From Scyliorhinus canicula (lineage: Eukaryota): a DNA stretch of 64,000 bases. Positions 12,001-23,494 of the stretch are shown in pieces; position 1 is the stretch's first letter; every line of letters begins with the position of its first letter. The DNA is taken from the NCBI RefSeq assembly GCF_902713615.1, contig NC_052162.1, forward strand, positions 117,667,989 to 117,731,988, given 5' to 3'. The notes below the pieces were generated by a model. That model saw nothing but the letters and a program-made list of their open reading frames with translations, was not told where the DNA came from and searched no databases. A program made the position numbers and the translations under genes.

Positions 12001-12404
12001 AACGCCGGAGGCTGGATTCTTAATGGAAGTTCGAGCTCACACCAAACTGAAAGGTGAAGGAAAATACACCACCACTTATAAAGGGGGAGATCAGGAATCA
12101 AAACCTCCATTCTGTTTACAGACCAGTAGTGAGAGGAGAAATCAGGGCTGTTTAAATTAATTCCCTTCCTTTCTGACATGGAGTGGAGTGGGGTCAGGAG
12201 GTATCTACCTGTAATGTTTCACTCTGTGAATAAATCTATACCAAGTACAGATTGGTTCCAGTTTCTTCCTTCACCAAAAGACTCTCAGGATTATATTATG
12301 GTAATACACAACCCTTATCATATGGTGAAAGTTGGAAAATAACATTTCAGACAGAATCTTACAATCCCAGTAGTTTTTGTGGGAAATAACTGAAGCGAGT
12401 GGAA

Positions 12405-13230
12405 ATTGTCAGGGTCTGATTACTCGCCGATGTTCTCGGAGTCTGAGCCATACGACCAGTGGAAGAATGAAGTGGAGATGTGGACAAGGGTTACGTCCCC
12501 ACCAAGGAGGAAACAAGGTCCGGCCCTCGGCAGTCTCACTTCCTAACAAAGGGAAAATCAGAAGCAAAGTATTCTGGGAGCTGGTCGCTGGCCAGTTGGA
12601 TCCTGATTAAAGTTTGGATTTTCCATTAGGGTTTTGTTAATGAGGTTTACAAGAAAGATGATCTATTGGATATCTATGATGCATATTTGGACTTGGACAG
12701 ATTGTGAATTAGGGTGAAAGTATCTTTAGCAGATCTAGATAGGGGGCTGGTTTAGCTCACCAGGCTAAATCGCTGGCTTTTGAAGCAGACCAAGCAGGCC
12801 AGCAGCATGGTTCGATTCCCGTACCAGCCTCCCCGGACAGGCGCCGGAATGTGGCGACTAGGGGCTTTTCACAGTAACTTCATTGAAGCCTGCTCGTGAC
12901 AATAAGCGATTTTCATTTCATATCAATCAATAGTCAGAATTGGAACAGCACTAATAGGTGAATGAACCCCAGGAATGACTGGGGAACAATTAACAGCAGT
13001 TTCAGGTCCGACTGAAAATATCATTGTGATGAACTTCCCAATGTGGAAAACCAGGGTCATCAAAGTGACACATGGCAGAGAGAATTCTGAGGCTGAAGGT
13101 GATGCTGATCAGTCTGAAGGAATTGTCTTCATCACAAGGAGCTTTGGTCCAGTATTTTATTTAGCGAATGCAAAGTCCCCCAGCCGAGCAGTTTCTTCTG
13201 GTCCTGCTGTGTTGAGTGCGGATAGGCCTC
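12405..13230 (+). mobile_element. Degenerate LTR-retrotransposon gag relic (Copia-like), interrupted by a SINE
   Basis: DYSPMFSESEPYDQWKNEVEMWTRVT..RKQGPAL..SLP..KIRSKVF..EVYKKDDLLD, then a decayed MNPRN..INxxFRxDxKYH knuckle; TCA-TA-TGGT at ~12318 resembles an LTR end plus PBS. Confidence 0.45.
12741..12921 (+). mobile_element. Short tRNA-derived SINE
   Basis: GGGGCTGGTTTAGCTCA..GGTTCGATTCCC head and GTGACAATAAGCGATTTTCATTTCA tail; related copies at 19385-19545 (-) and 38910-39080 (+). Confidence 0.8.
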
Positions 13231-13524
13231 CGCTGTGTCTGCGGATTGGACATTATTCTGTGAGGTGAGCTGGTACTAATGCCCCATCTGTGGAGGTTGG
13301 TCAGGCAGGGGCCCTGGCCGGTCCTGAACCTGTGAAGTGTGGGCCACTCTTTCCTGGGAAGGTTGAAAGCAGGCAGCTGTTGGGTTGGGTTTCAGACCAG
13401 GTCCTTGTTTGTCAAGTCCAATGATTCCCATTCATTTGCCCAGGTGGAATTTGCGTTGATGTCCTGTGTGGGAGGATTTTTCCAGATTGGCGCCTTGATG
13501 GGAGACATATTTTGGGTGGGCTGA

Positions 13525-14718
13525 ATACATAGAAACATACATAGAAAATAGAAGCAGGAGGAGGCCATTCAGCCCTTCGAGCTGCTCCGCCATTCATTAT
13601 GATCATGGCTGATTATCAAGTTCAATAGGGGCAAGACTTCTGGTGGTGGCGATGTGCTGAGCGGAAACACATCAGGTGGCTCTCCACCCAAACAAACCCA
13701 CAGAGGCAATTTATCGGGAATTCCGGCTTTAAAAGCCCACCAAAATCCATCCAAGGGTGAAAGACGCAAGGAAGGAACATGCCTGGGAGCAACAAACAGA
13801 GGGGATGGCGAGATATTAGGAGCAGCAGCGAAGGAAAGGGGCAGGAACTGCGGGTGCACAGACAGGAGGCCACACGAGGCGAGGCGGAGGTTCAGGCGAA
13901 CCAGGAGGGGGAAAAGCCGGCGAACCGAACAGCGGAGCAGGACGCAGCGACCCCCCCCCTCCCCTCCCCCACCCCCACACACTCAGGGGGACTAATGGAG
14001 AATGGTGCTGGAAAGAGAGCTAAATGCCATGAAGGTGATCAGGACGGAGCTCCACACGATGATGAAGGTGATGTCAGAGGCGACAAACACAATGCAGCGA
14101 ACCATCAAAGGCCTGGGAAGGAAGGTGGAGGCACAGGAGAAAACAATCCTGGAGTTGGAAAAAGCTGCCTCGGACCAGAACGACAGGGTCGAAGCCCTGG
14201 AAACTAAGGTGAGAAGGTTGGTGACGGCCCAAGGGAGCCGAAGAGGGAAAGTGGAGGACCAGGAAAACCGGTCCAGACGGCAGAACGTCAGAATAGTGGG
14301 TCTGCCAGAGTGGATAGAGGATGGGGTTACAGGGATAGGTTGGAGGTGTGGGCTTAAGTGGGGTGCTCTTACCAAGGGCCGGTGCAGACTCGATGGGCCG
14401 AATAGCCTCCTTCCGCACTGTAAATTCTTTAATTCTGTGAATACCCTGAGCCTTCCCTCCATATCCATTGATCCCTTCAGCCCCAAGAACCGTATCTAAT
14501 TACTTCTTGAAGTTACACAACGTTTTGGCCTCAACTATTTTCTGTGATAGTGAATTGCAAAGATTCACCAGTCTCTGGGTGAAGAAATTTCCCCTCGCCT
14601 CAGTCCTAAAAGGTTTACCAACCCTTATCCTCAAATTATGACCTCCAGTTCTGGACTCCCCCTCGATAGAGAACATTCTTTCTGAATCTACCCTGTCTAA
14701 TCCTGTTAGACTTTTGTA
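13525..14718 (-). mobile_element. CR1/HER1 3' fragment, split by an insertion at 13628-14439
   Basis: YKSLTGLDRVDSERMF..RTGGHNLRIR..NFFTQRLVNLCNSL is the CR1 ORF2 C-terminus; (ACATAGAA) tail at 13526-13550. Confidence 0.8.
13628..14439 (+). mobile_element. Chimeric insertion: L1 5'UTR plus ORF1 N-half fused to a V-SINE 3' tail
   Basis: Start resembles the L1 5' end at 52995; ORF1 coiled coil and ENRSRRQNVRIVGLPE; switches at ~14320 to the SINE tail; AATA duplicated at 13624-13627 and 14440-14443. Confidence 0.75.
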
Positions 14719-14741
14719 CGTCAGCCTGGTTTCTATTGATG

Positions 14742-17700
14742 TGATCCAATCAGTGTGGTCGGAGAGGCTGTTCTGATCCAATCAGTGTGGTCGGAGAGGC
14801 TGTTACGATCCGATCAGTACGGTCGGAGAGACTGTTACGATCCGATCAGTACGGTCGGAGAGACTGTTGCGATCCGATCAGTATGGTCGGAGAGGCTGTT
14901 ACGATGCGATCAGTATGATCGGAGAGGCTGTTACGATCCGATCAGTACCGTCGGAGAGACTGTTACGATCCGATCAGTACGGTCGGAGAGGCTGTTACGA
15001 TGCGATCAGTGTGGTCGGAGAGGCTGTTACGATCCGATCAGTATGGTCGGAGAGGCTGTTACGATCCGATCAGTACGGTCGGAGAGGCTGTTACGATCCG
15101 ATCAGTGTGGTCAGAGAGGCTGTTACGGTCCGATCAGTATGGTCGGAGAGGCTGTTACGATGCGATCAGTATGGTCGGAGAGGCTGTTACGATCCGATCA
15201 GTATGGTCGGAGATGCTGTTACGATCCGATCAGTATGGTCGGAGAGGCTGTTACCATCCGATCAGTGTGGTCGGAGAGGCTGTTACGATCCGATCAGTAT
15301 AGTCGGAGAGGCTGTTGCGATCCGATCAGTATGGTCGGAGAGGCTGTTACGATCCGATCAGTGTGGTTGGAGAGGCTGTTACGATCCGATCAGTGTGGTC
15401 GGAGAGGCTGTTACGATCCGATCAGTATGGTCGGAGAGGCTGTTACGATCCGATCAGTATGGTCAGAGAGGTTGTTACGATCCGATCAGTGTGGTCGGAG
15501 ATGCTGTTATGATCCGATCAGTACGGTCGGAGAGGCTGTTACGATCCGATCAGTATGGTCGGAGAGGCTGTTGCGATCCGATCAGTATGGTCGGAGAGGC
15601 TGTTACGATGCGATCAGTATGGTCGGAGAGGCTGTTACGATCCGATCAGTATGGTCGGAGAGGCTGTTACGATCCGATCAGTATGGTCGGAGAGGCTGTT
15701 GCGATCCGATCAGTATGGTCGGAGAGGCTGTTACGATGCGATCAGTATGGTCGGAGAGGCTGTTACGATCCGATCAGTGTGGTCGGAGAGGCTGTTACGA
15801 TCCGATCAGTATGGTCGGAGAGGCTGTTACGATCCGATCAGTGTGGTCGGAGAGGCTGTTACGATCCAATCAGTATGGTCGGAGAGGCTGTTACGATGCG
15901 ATCAGTATGGTCGGAGAGGCTGTTACGATGCGATCAGTGAGGTCAGAGAGGCTGTTACAATCCGATCAGTATGGTCGGAGAGGCTGTTACGATCCGATCA
16001 GTACGGTCGGAGAGGCTGTTACGATCCGATCAGTACGGTCGGAGAGGCTGTTACGATGCGATCAGTGTGGTCGGAGAGGCTGTTACGATCCGATCAGTAT
16101 GATCGGAGATGCTGTTACGATCTGATCAGTACGGTCGGAGAGGCTGTTACGATCCGATCAGTATAGTCGGAGAGGCTGTTGCGATCCGATCAGTGTGGTC
16201 GGAGAGGCTGTTACGATCCGATCAGTACGGTCGGAGAGGCTGTTACGATCCGATCAGTACGGTCGGAGAGGCTGTTACGATCCGATCAGTATGGTCGGAG
16301 AGGCTGTTACGATCCGATCAGTGTGGTCGGAGAGGCTGTTACGATCCAATCAGTATAGTCGGAGAGGCTGTTACGATCCGATCAGTGTGGTTGGAGAGGC
16401 TGTTACGATCCGATCAGTATGGTCGGAGATGCTGTTACGATCCGATCAGTACGGTTGGAGAGGCTGTTACGATCCGATCAGTACGGTCGGAGAGGCTGTT
16501 ACGATCCGATCAGTGTGGTCGGAGAGGCTGTTACGATCCGATCAGTATGGTCGGAGATGCTGTTACGATCCGATCAGTATAGTCGGAGAGGCTGTTACGA
16601 TCCGATCAGTGCGGTCGGAGAGGCTGTTACGATCCGATCAGTACGGTCGGAGAGGCTGTTACGATCCGATCAGTGTGGTCGGAGAGGCTGTTACGATCCG
16701 ATCAGTGTGGTCGGAGAGGCTGTTACGATCCGATCAGTATGGTCGGAGAGGCTGTTACGATCCGATCAGTGCGGTCGGAGAGGCTGTTACGATCCGATCA
16801 GTACGGTCGGAGAGGCTGTTACGATCCGATCAGTATGGTCGGAGAGGCTGTTACGATCTGATCAGTATGGTCGGAGAGGCTGTTACGATCCGATCAGTAT
16901 GGTCGGAGAGGCTGTTACGACCCGATCAGTCCGGTCGGAGAGGTTGTTACGATGCGATCAGTGTGGTCGGAGAGGCTGTTACGATCCGATCAGTATGATC
17001 GGAGATGCTGTTACGATCTGATCAGTACGGTCGGAGAGGCTGTTACGATCCGATCAGTATAGTCGGAGAGGCTGTTACGATCCGATCAGTGTGGTCGGAG
17101 AGGCTGTTACGATCCGATCAGTACGGTCGGAGAGGCTGTTACGATCCGATCAGTACGGTCGGAGAGGCTGTTACGATCCGATCAGTGTGGTCGGAGAGGC
17201 TGTTACGATCCAATCAGTATAGTCGGAGAGGCTGTTACGATCCGATCAGTGTGGTCGGAGAGGCTGTTACGATCCGATCAGTATGGTCGGAGATGCTGTT
17301 ACGATCCGATCAGTACGGTTGGAGAGGCTGTTACGATCCGATCAGTATGGTCGGAGAGGCTGTTACGATCCGATCAGTGTGGTCGGAGAGGCTGTTACGA
17401 TCCGATCAGTATGGTCGGAGATGCTGTTACGATCCGATCAGTATAGTCGGAGAGGCTGTTACGATCCGATCAGTGCGGTCGGAGAGGCTGTTACGATCCG
17501 ATCAGTACGGTCGGAGAGGCTGTTACGATCCGATCAGTGTGGTCGGAGAGGCTGTTACGATCCGATCAGTGTGGTCGGAGAGGCTGTTACGATCCGATCA
17601 GTGCGGTCGGAGAGGCTGTTACGATCCGATCAGTACGGTCGGAGAGGCTGTTACGATCCGATCAGTGTGGTCGGAGAGGCTGTTACGATCCGATCAGTAT

Positions 17701-17812
17701 AGTCGGAGAGGCTGTTACGATCCGATCAGTATGGTCGGAGAGGCTGTTACGATCCGATCAGTATAGTCGGAGAGGCTGTTATGATCCGATCAGTATAATC
17801 GGAGAGGCTGTT
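14742..17812. repeat. 32-bp CpG-rich tandem satellite, ~96 copies
   Basis: Unit GATCCGATCAGTRYGGTCGGAGAGGCTGTTAC; no unique spacers. Confidence 0.97.
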
Positions 17813-18199
17813 CCCAGCTTTTCTCTGTGGCACCACGTGTTTCCAGGATTTTACTCCGATTTTCCCATTTTGCAGAGATATGAGCCGGGGCCTCCTCGAC
17901 CGATTTCTTTAATCCCACCGCCAAGGTTTGATGATGTTTCTCTAATCCGGCCACCACAATGCGGCCAATATCGTCGCCATCGGCAACATATTCGGCAGGG
18001 GAGAGGGAGAGCCGCCCTCACCACCTTGTTACTTACCGAACCCTGCAACACCTCGGAATCTGAAGAGTAATCGCACCTTTCTTGTTTTATTCCTTCCTGG
18101 GTATTTCCGGTGGGTTTGTATCTTCCCCAGTCAGGTTGGTGGGTTTGGAAGTTCCCGTCAGCGGCCGCTGTGCCTCAAACCTATATTTAGAACCCGTGT

Positions 18200-18587
18200 G
18201 TCCCCCTCTCCTAAATACGTCACTGAGTCCCCCAGCGTCACATTCCTGTCCTCGGCCTGCTGCAATGTTCCGGAGAAGCCCAACACAAGCTGGACCAACA
18301 GCCCCTCATCTTCCCATGAGGCACTTTACAGCCTTCTGGGCTCAACATTGAGATCAACAACTTCACACCCTGAACTCTCTCCTCCATTTTGATCTGTTTT
18401 TTTGCCGAGTGCCTGTCTACATCTTGTCTTCATGTTTTTTACTTCCAGACAGAGCTGTCCTTTATTCTGCCATTAACACTTACTCTTGACCAATGCTTTG
18501 TTTCTTTACCACAACCATTACCTCTCCCTTTTGTTCCAGGACATTTTTTCACATTTAATCTCACCCTCCCTCTAACCAATCCCTGAC
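18200..18587 (+). mobile_element. Penelope-like element, GIY-YIG C-terminal fragment and 3' region (resumes at ~19652-19830)
   Basis: Decayed VLGLLQC..EAQHKLDQQ.LIF..GTLQPSGLNIE motif; the downstream part ends TCCACAGATGCTGCCAGACCTGCTG. Confidence 0.7.
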
Positions 18588-19651
18588 AAATGGAACCCTG
18601 GATATCAGTTATTCCTTCGCAGTTCTCAAATAACAGAGATCAAGTCTGTGCTTTTTGGCAAAGTCCCCTTGTACTTTATTTGTCAGCTGTGCCACTGGTA
18701 AACTTATTTTCAATACAAAATTTAGAAAGTTTCCAACTAGCCCTGTAGCAAGCTAGTCAGATTGATTATCTTTAGCGAATACAGTAGTGAGTTTTCATTC
18801 AATTGCAGATCATGGTAATTCTTCAAATCATAATACACAGGATAAAATTACTAAGTAATTTAAACAAAAGAAAGATGGTGATTAGCAAAAGCAAGCAGCA
18901 AAGGAAATTGGTTTCAGAAATATAGATGAGTTTTTCCATCCCGGTAAGTGATTTTTAAGGAGATTATTATCTTAATGTCTCACCTTCTTTTTACTTCTGA
19001 TTGGCTTTAACTAATTTATAATTTCCTCAATTCGGCCAAAATGTCTGTCCCTCAGTTTAAGAGATATTTGTATTTAAATGTACTGGTGCAAATTTCTCAT
19101 TCCATCGCTTGCCAATTTTGCAAAATATCCACACCTGCACCTAACATTAATTGAAAAACAGTTTTCGTTGAGACATTATCACCCTAGACTGGCTGTTACC
19201 ATAGAAACTGGACGACTCGTTCTTAGGACAGCAGCACCAGTTTTTACGATACAATGGGGCCTTTTAGCTCATTGTCGTCACTGACCTTGCAGATGTGAAA
19301 CCCAAGAAATTAAAGTGTATGATTTGGATTAACCCTTAGTGGATTCCCAGCTACTGTTGCACTCAAGTAATGCTGAAATTGAATGAAAATCGCTTATTGT
19401 CACAAGTAGGCTTCAAATGAAGCTCCTGTGAAAAGTCCCTAGTCGCCACATTCCTGCGCCTGTTCAGGAGGCTGGTACGGGAATTGAACCGTGCTGCTCG
19501 CCTGCTTTCAAAGCCAGCGATTTAGCCCTGTGCTAAATCAGCCCCTAATATGCTTAATATGATTATAGTTAATTATTAATGAGTTCTCATTTAATCCTTT
19601 TACCTCTATCGCCTTCCATTACTCTCATGGTTATTGCTGACCAGAAAAGTC
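18588..19651 (-). mobile_element. ~1.06-kb LTR-like insertion (contains a SINE at 19385-19545)
   Basis: Interrupts the Penelope relic at a position that is contiguous in the paralogous copy (40721-40750); CTGAC is repeated at the junctions. Confidence 0.4.
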
Positions 19652-20095
19652 ACTGACTTTCCCTTTTGTTCTGTCTAACCGTCCCCCTTTCTCACCAGCA
19701 TTAAACCCATCACATTTCTCCCTCTCTTTAGTTCAGAAGTAGAGTTACATTAGACGTGAAACATTAACTCTGTTTCTCTCTCCACAGATGCTGCCAGACC
19801 TGCTGCGTTTTTCCAGTTCTTTCTGTATTTATGTTATATCTGTCTGTAGTGGGGGGATAAATGCTCTTTACTATCCAGTAATAAATTAAATGTCCTTCTT
19901 CAACCTTTGTGGATCATTTCAGTGAAAATGTGCTCTCCCAGGCTCAAAGAGCATCAGCCCACTGGAAGCAAACCCAGTGAAACGGACCAGTCCAGCAGAA
20001 AGAAACCCTCCAACTTCATTCACTGTCAGAATGAACATGGTTCAGTCCTGGATGTGATTAACAGCAGCAATAACAGCAGAATCCAACCCCTCTCA

Positions 20096-20602
20096 TCACT
20101 TGTGAACTCCCTGGTGTTTCAACAGATAGGATGACCGAGTGAATCCCTTCCCACACACAGAGCAGGTGAACGGCTTCTCCCCCAAGTGAACTCGCTGGTG
20201 TCTCAGCAGCTGTGATGAAACACAGAATCTCTTCCCACACTCAGTGCAGGTGAACGGCTTCTCCCCCAAGTGAACTCGCTGGTGTGTCCGCAGGTTGGAC
20301 GAATATCCAAATTCCTTCCCACACTGAGAGCAGGTGAACGGCTTCTCCCCAGTGTGAATTAGTTGGTGTTTCCGTAGGCTGGATAATTGAGTGAATCCCT
20401 TCCCACACTGAGAGCAGGTGGATGGCTTCTCCCCGGTGTGAATTTGCTGATGTGACTTCAGGTTGGATAACTGAACGAATCCCTTCCCACACACAGAGCA
20501 GGTGAACGGCCTCTCCCCAGTGTGAATGTGTCGATGAACTTCGAGCCTTGATGGGAAACTGTATCTCTTCCCACAATCCCCACATTTCCACGGTTTCTCC
20601 AT
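20096..20602 (-). CDS. ZNF gene C, C2H2 zinc-finger protein, 6 fingers, 168 aa
   Basis: Open frame [10 protein letters not shown]...HQGVHK-stop; exon 2 at 21118-21183 with intact splice sites; acceptor at ~20960. Confidence 0.88.
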   Translation of the reverse strand: MEKPWKCGDCGKRYSFPSRLEVHRHIHTGERPFTCSVCGKGFVQLSNLKSHQQIHTGEKPSTCSQCGKGFTQLSSLRKHQLIHTGEKPFTCSQCGKEFGYSSNLRTHQRVHLGEKPFTCTECGKRFCVSSQLLRHQRVHLGEKPFTCSVCGKGFTRSSYLLKHQGVHK

Positions 20603-21402
20603 GTTTTTGGTCAACTCGTGTCTCTCCAGGTTGGACAATCAGTTGAGGCTTTGCCCACACACAGAACACGTGTACGGTCTCCCCGCTGTGAATGGTGTGA
20701 TGTTTTTTCAGGCTGTGTAACTAGTTAAAGCTCTTTCCACAGTCAGTGCTCTGGAACACTCTCACTCGGGTGTGTGTGTCTCGGTGCTTTTCCAGTCACA
20801 CTGATGGTTAAAATGTTTTGAAGCTGACAGATCCGGCAAACATTTCTCCTTCTAGATTTAAAGGCCGATGATATTCAGGTCCAAGGAATCGAGTGACTCT
20901 GACAGATCCCAGATGCGACATTTGCGATTTCGGTCTGTAATTCCTCCTCTTCTAAACTCCTGAAAAGGAATCACCACTGTCAGTACAGGATCGAAATTCA
21001 CAAACAGCCAATTCTAGTTTCTCTGGAACATTCTTTCCTCTCTCATTCCCCAAAAGCTGTAAATCTCCATCCCACACACTCTCCCTCCATTCTCACTCTG
21101 CTGTATCTAATATTCACCCTCCCAATTCTCCTGAAGGTGCTGATTCAGGCTGATTGACAGACCCATGCTCACTGCTTCCTGTCCTGGACAGGAGATCATA
21201 ACAAACAGGAGCTGTAGTCGGCCATTCAGCCCATCGAGCCTGCTCAACCATTCAATGGGATCATTGTCCGATTTACCTCAGCACCATTTTCCCACACTAT
21301 CCTCCCATATCCCTCGATATCTTCAGTATCTAGAAACCTGTCAATCTCTGTCTTGAAAATATTTGATGACCGACGCCACACAATCATCTGGGGTAGAGAA
21401 TT

Positions 21403-21712
21403 GGGGCAGCACGGTAGCACAGTGGTTAGTACTGCGGCCTCGCAATGCCAGGGTCCTGGGTTCAATTCCAGCCTTGGGTCAATGTCTGTGTGGAGTTTGT
21501 ACGTTCTCCCCGTGTCTGCGTGGGTTTCCTCCGGGTGCTCTGGGTTCTCCCAGATGTACGGGGTAAGTGGATTGGCTGTGCTAAATTGCCCCCTAGTGTC
21601 CAGGGATGTGCAGGTTAGAGTGTGGGGCTGCAGGGTTAGGGTGGGATATGGATCCGTGCAGGCTCGATGGGCCGAATAGCCTCCTTCTGCACTGCAGGGA
21701 TTCTAACATTCT
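21403..21712 (+). mobile_element. V-SINE nested in a CR1 3' fragment (21195-21830)
   Basis: tRNA head, V-domain and tail. Confidence 0.8.
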
Positions 21713-21834
21713 AAGAATTCCAAAGCAGCACCACATCTTCGAGTAAAGAAATCCCTCCCTCATCTCCATTTTCCTGCCTGTTCCCCAGAACCCTCGACTC
21801 CCTCATCAATCAGAAATCTGTCTGGGGGTCCACA

Positions 21835-22505
21835 CGAGGTGGGTGGGGGAGTAGCTGCTTTTCCGCAGGTTCTGGTGCCATTCGCATAGAATCCGTCATT
21901 TATCCTGATTGCCTGGCACTCATCTACCTCATCCTTCAATTAATATTTGTTGTCATGTCCCTGGAAGGCTTCGGGATTGGGTTTGGTGGGATTATGCTGA
22001 AAAACGTCAAAACATCCATCGCTAAGAGTGCAGGCGGATTCAGTGGGAGTGGAGCCGCCTTTTCAACATGGCGGCCTGACCCTCAGGAAGTCTCTCGACC
22101 CCGCGCTCTCTGGGGCTCTCTCGGAGGCGGTGAAAATGATGACTGCCGACATTCTCCGTGTTATTGACCAGAGGCTGAGTGAGCTGACTCAATATCTGTG
22201 AGCTCATGAGGCCGAGCTGTAAAACACCATGAAGAGGCTCAATGATCCGGAGGAGAGAATCCTGAATATTGAACAAGATGCTTCCTCGGCGGAGGCAAGA
22301 ATTCAAGTCTTGGAAACCGGCCGAGTGGGGTGACGGAGGTCCTGGAGGATTTGGAGAACCGAGGGTCAGAGAAAGAACATCCAAGTCGTCGGCCTGCCAG
22401 AAGGTGTGGAGGGTGAGGCTCCCATTAGGTTCTTCGAGGACCGGCTGCCATGTTTTCTCCAGCTGGATGTGAATCCTGGGTGTTTTGAATTCAAAAGTGC
22501 GCATC
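21835..22505 (+). mobile_element. L1 5' region/ORF1 relic
   Basis: LEDLENRGQRKNIQVVGLPEGVEG motif; inverted homolog at 31540-31960. Confidence 0.75.
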
Positions 22506-22839
22506 ATGGACTTCCAGTAACAGCCATGGAGTGAGTGGGCGCACACAGGGCGGCTCCTGCTCGAAGGTGTTGGCTTTGTCCCTTTTTTGCCTGAGTTCCG
22601 GGTACATTCAGCAGTAAAGTGGAGCGGAGGGTGCAGGGCAGGAGGTTCTCCCCTGGATGGGCATGTTTATGAGCTATCAGACCCGCCTGAAGATAGGTAA
22701 AGAGCTGGTGAAATAGTTGGGGAGGCTCTTGGCGCTGTTCCAGTTAGGAAGGAGGAGGAGGGGGGAGGGTCGTTGTCAACGGGGAAACTGCAGATGGAGC
22801 AACTGATTGGCTTCATTAAAGAGGAGTTTTGGCAAATGT

Positions 22840-23490
22840 TGTGGGGGGGCCCCTCAAATCACATTGATATGTTTTGGTCCTGTCCAAAGCTGGAGGATTA
22901 CTGGAAGGAGGTGTTTAGGGTAATCTATAAAGTGATGCTCGTGAAACTGGACCCGGGCCCTCGGGAGGCCATATTCGGGGTGTCGGACCAGCCGAGGTTG
23001 TAAATGAGTGCGGAGGCAGATCTTGTAGCCTTTGTCTCGTTGATCGTCCAAAGGCGGATCCTGTTGGGGTGGAGATCAACCTCTCCATCCTGTGCCCTGG
23101 CATGGTGGGGGGACCTGCTGGAATTCGTAACGCTTGAAAAGGTCAAATTTGAACTGAGGGGAAGGATGGACGGGTTCTACAATTCATGGGCGTTATTCAT
23201 TATGCACTTTCGAGAATTGGATCACATTGAACATTAGGGGGGCTGGGAGGGTTGGGGGGGTCGGGGGGAGGACTGTAGGTGTTAATGGTGACTATGGGTG
23301 ATTCCTGATTCCTCTTTGTCATCTGTTTATGATAGCATGCGGGCTAATGTCTGGGCTTTGGTGGGAGGATGGGATCATTGTTATTGATGTGGGGATTGAC
23401 ATGACATTCGTTACTGATTATTGTTTATTGTTGGGTGCAAATTTGGGAGAAAATGTGAAAAAGGAGAATAAGAAATATTTTTAAATAAAG
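22840..23490 (+). mobile_element. L1 3' end (ORF2 C-terminus plus 3'UTR)
   Basis: NHIDMFWSCPKL..LEKVKFELRG, G-rich UTR and AATAAA. Confidence 0.8.
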
Positions 23491-23494
23491 AGGA

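Noticed and set aside
12741-12830. tRNA gene
   Set aside because: The tRNA-like head continues into a SINE body and tail that recurs elsewhere in the window
14742-17812. CRISPR-like array, or long Arg/Cys-rich ORFs of up to 456 aa
   Set aside because: The 32-bp units are contiguous with no unique spacers and there are no cas genes; the ORFs arise because the unit lacks stops on the + strand
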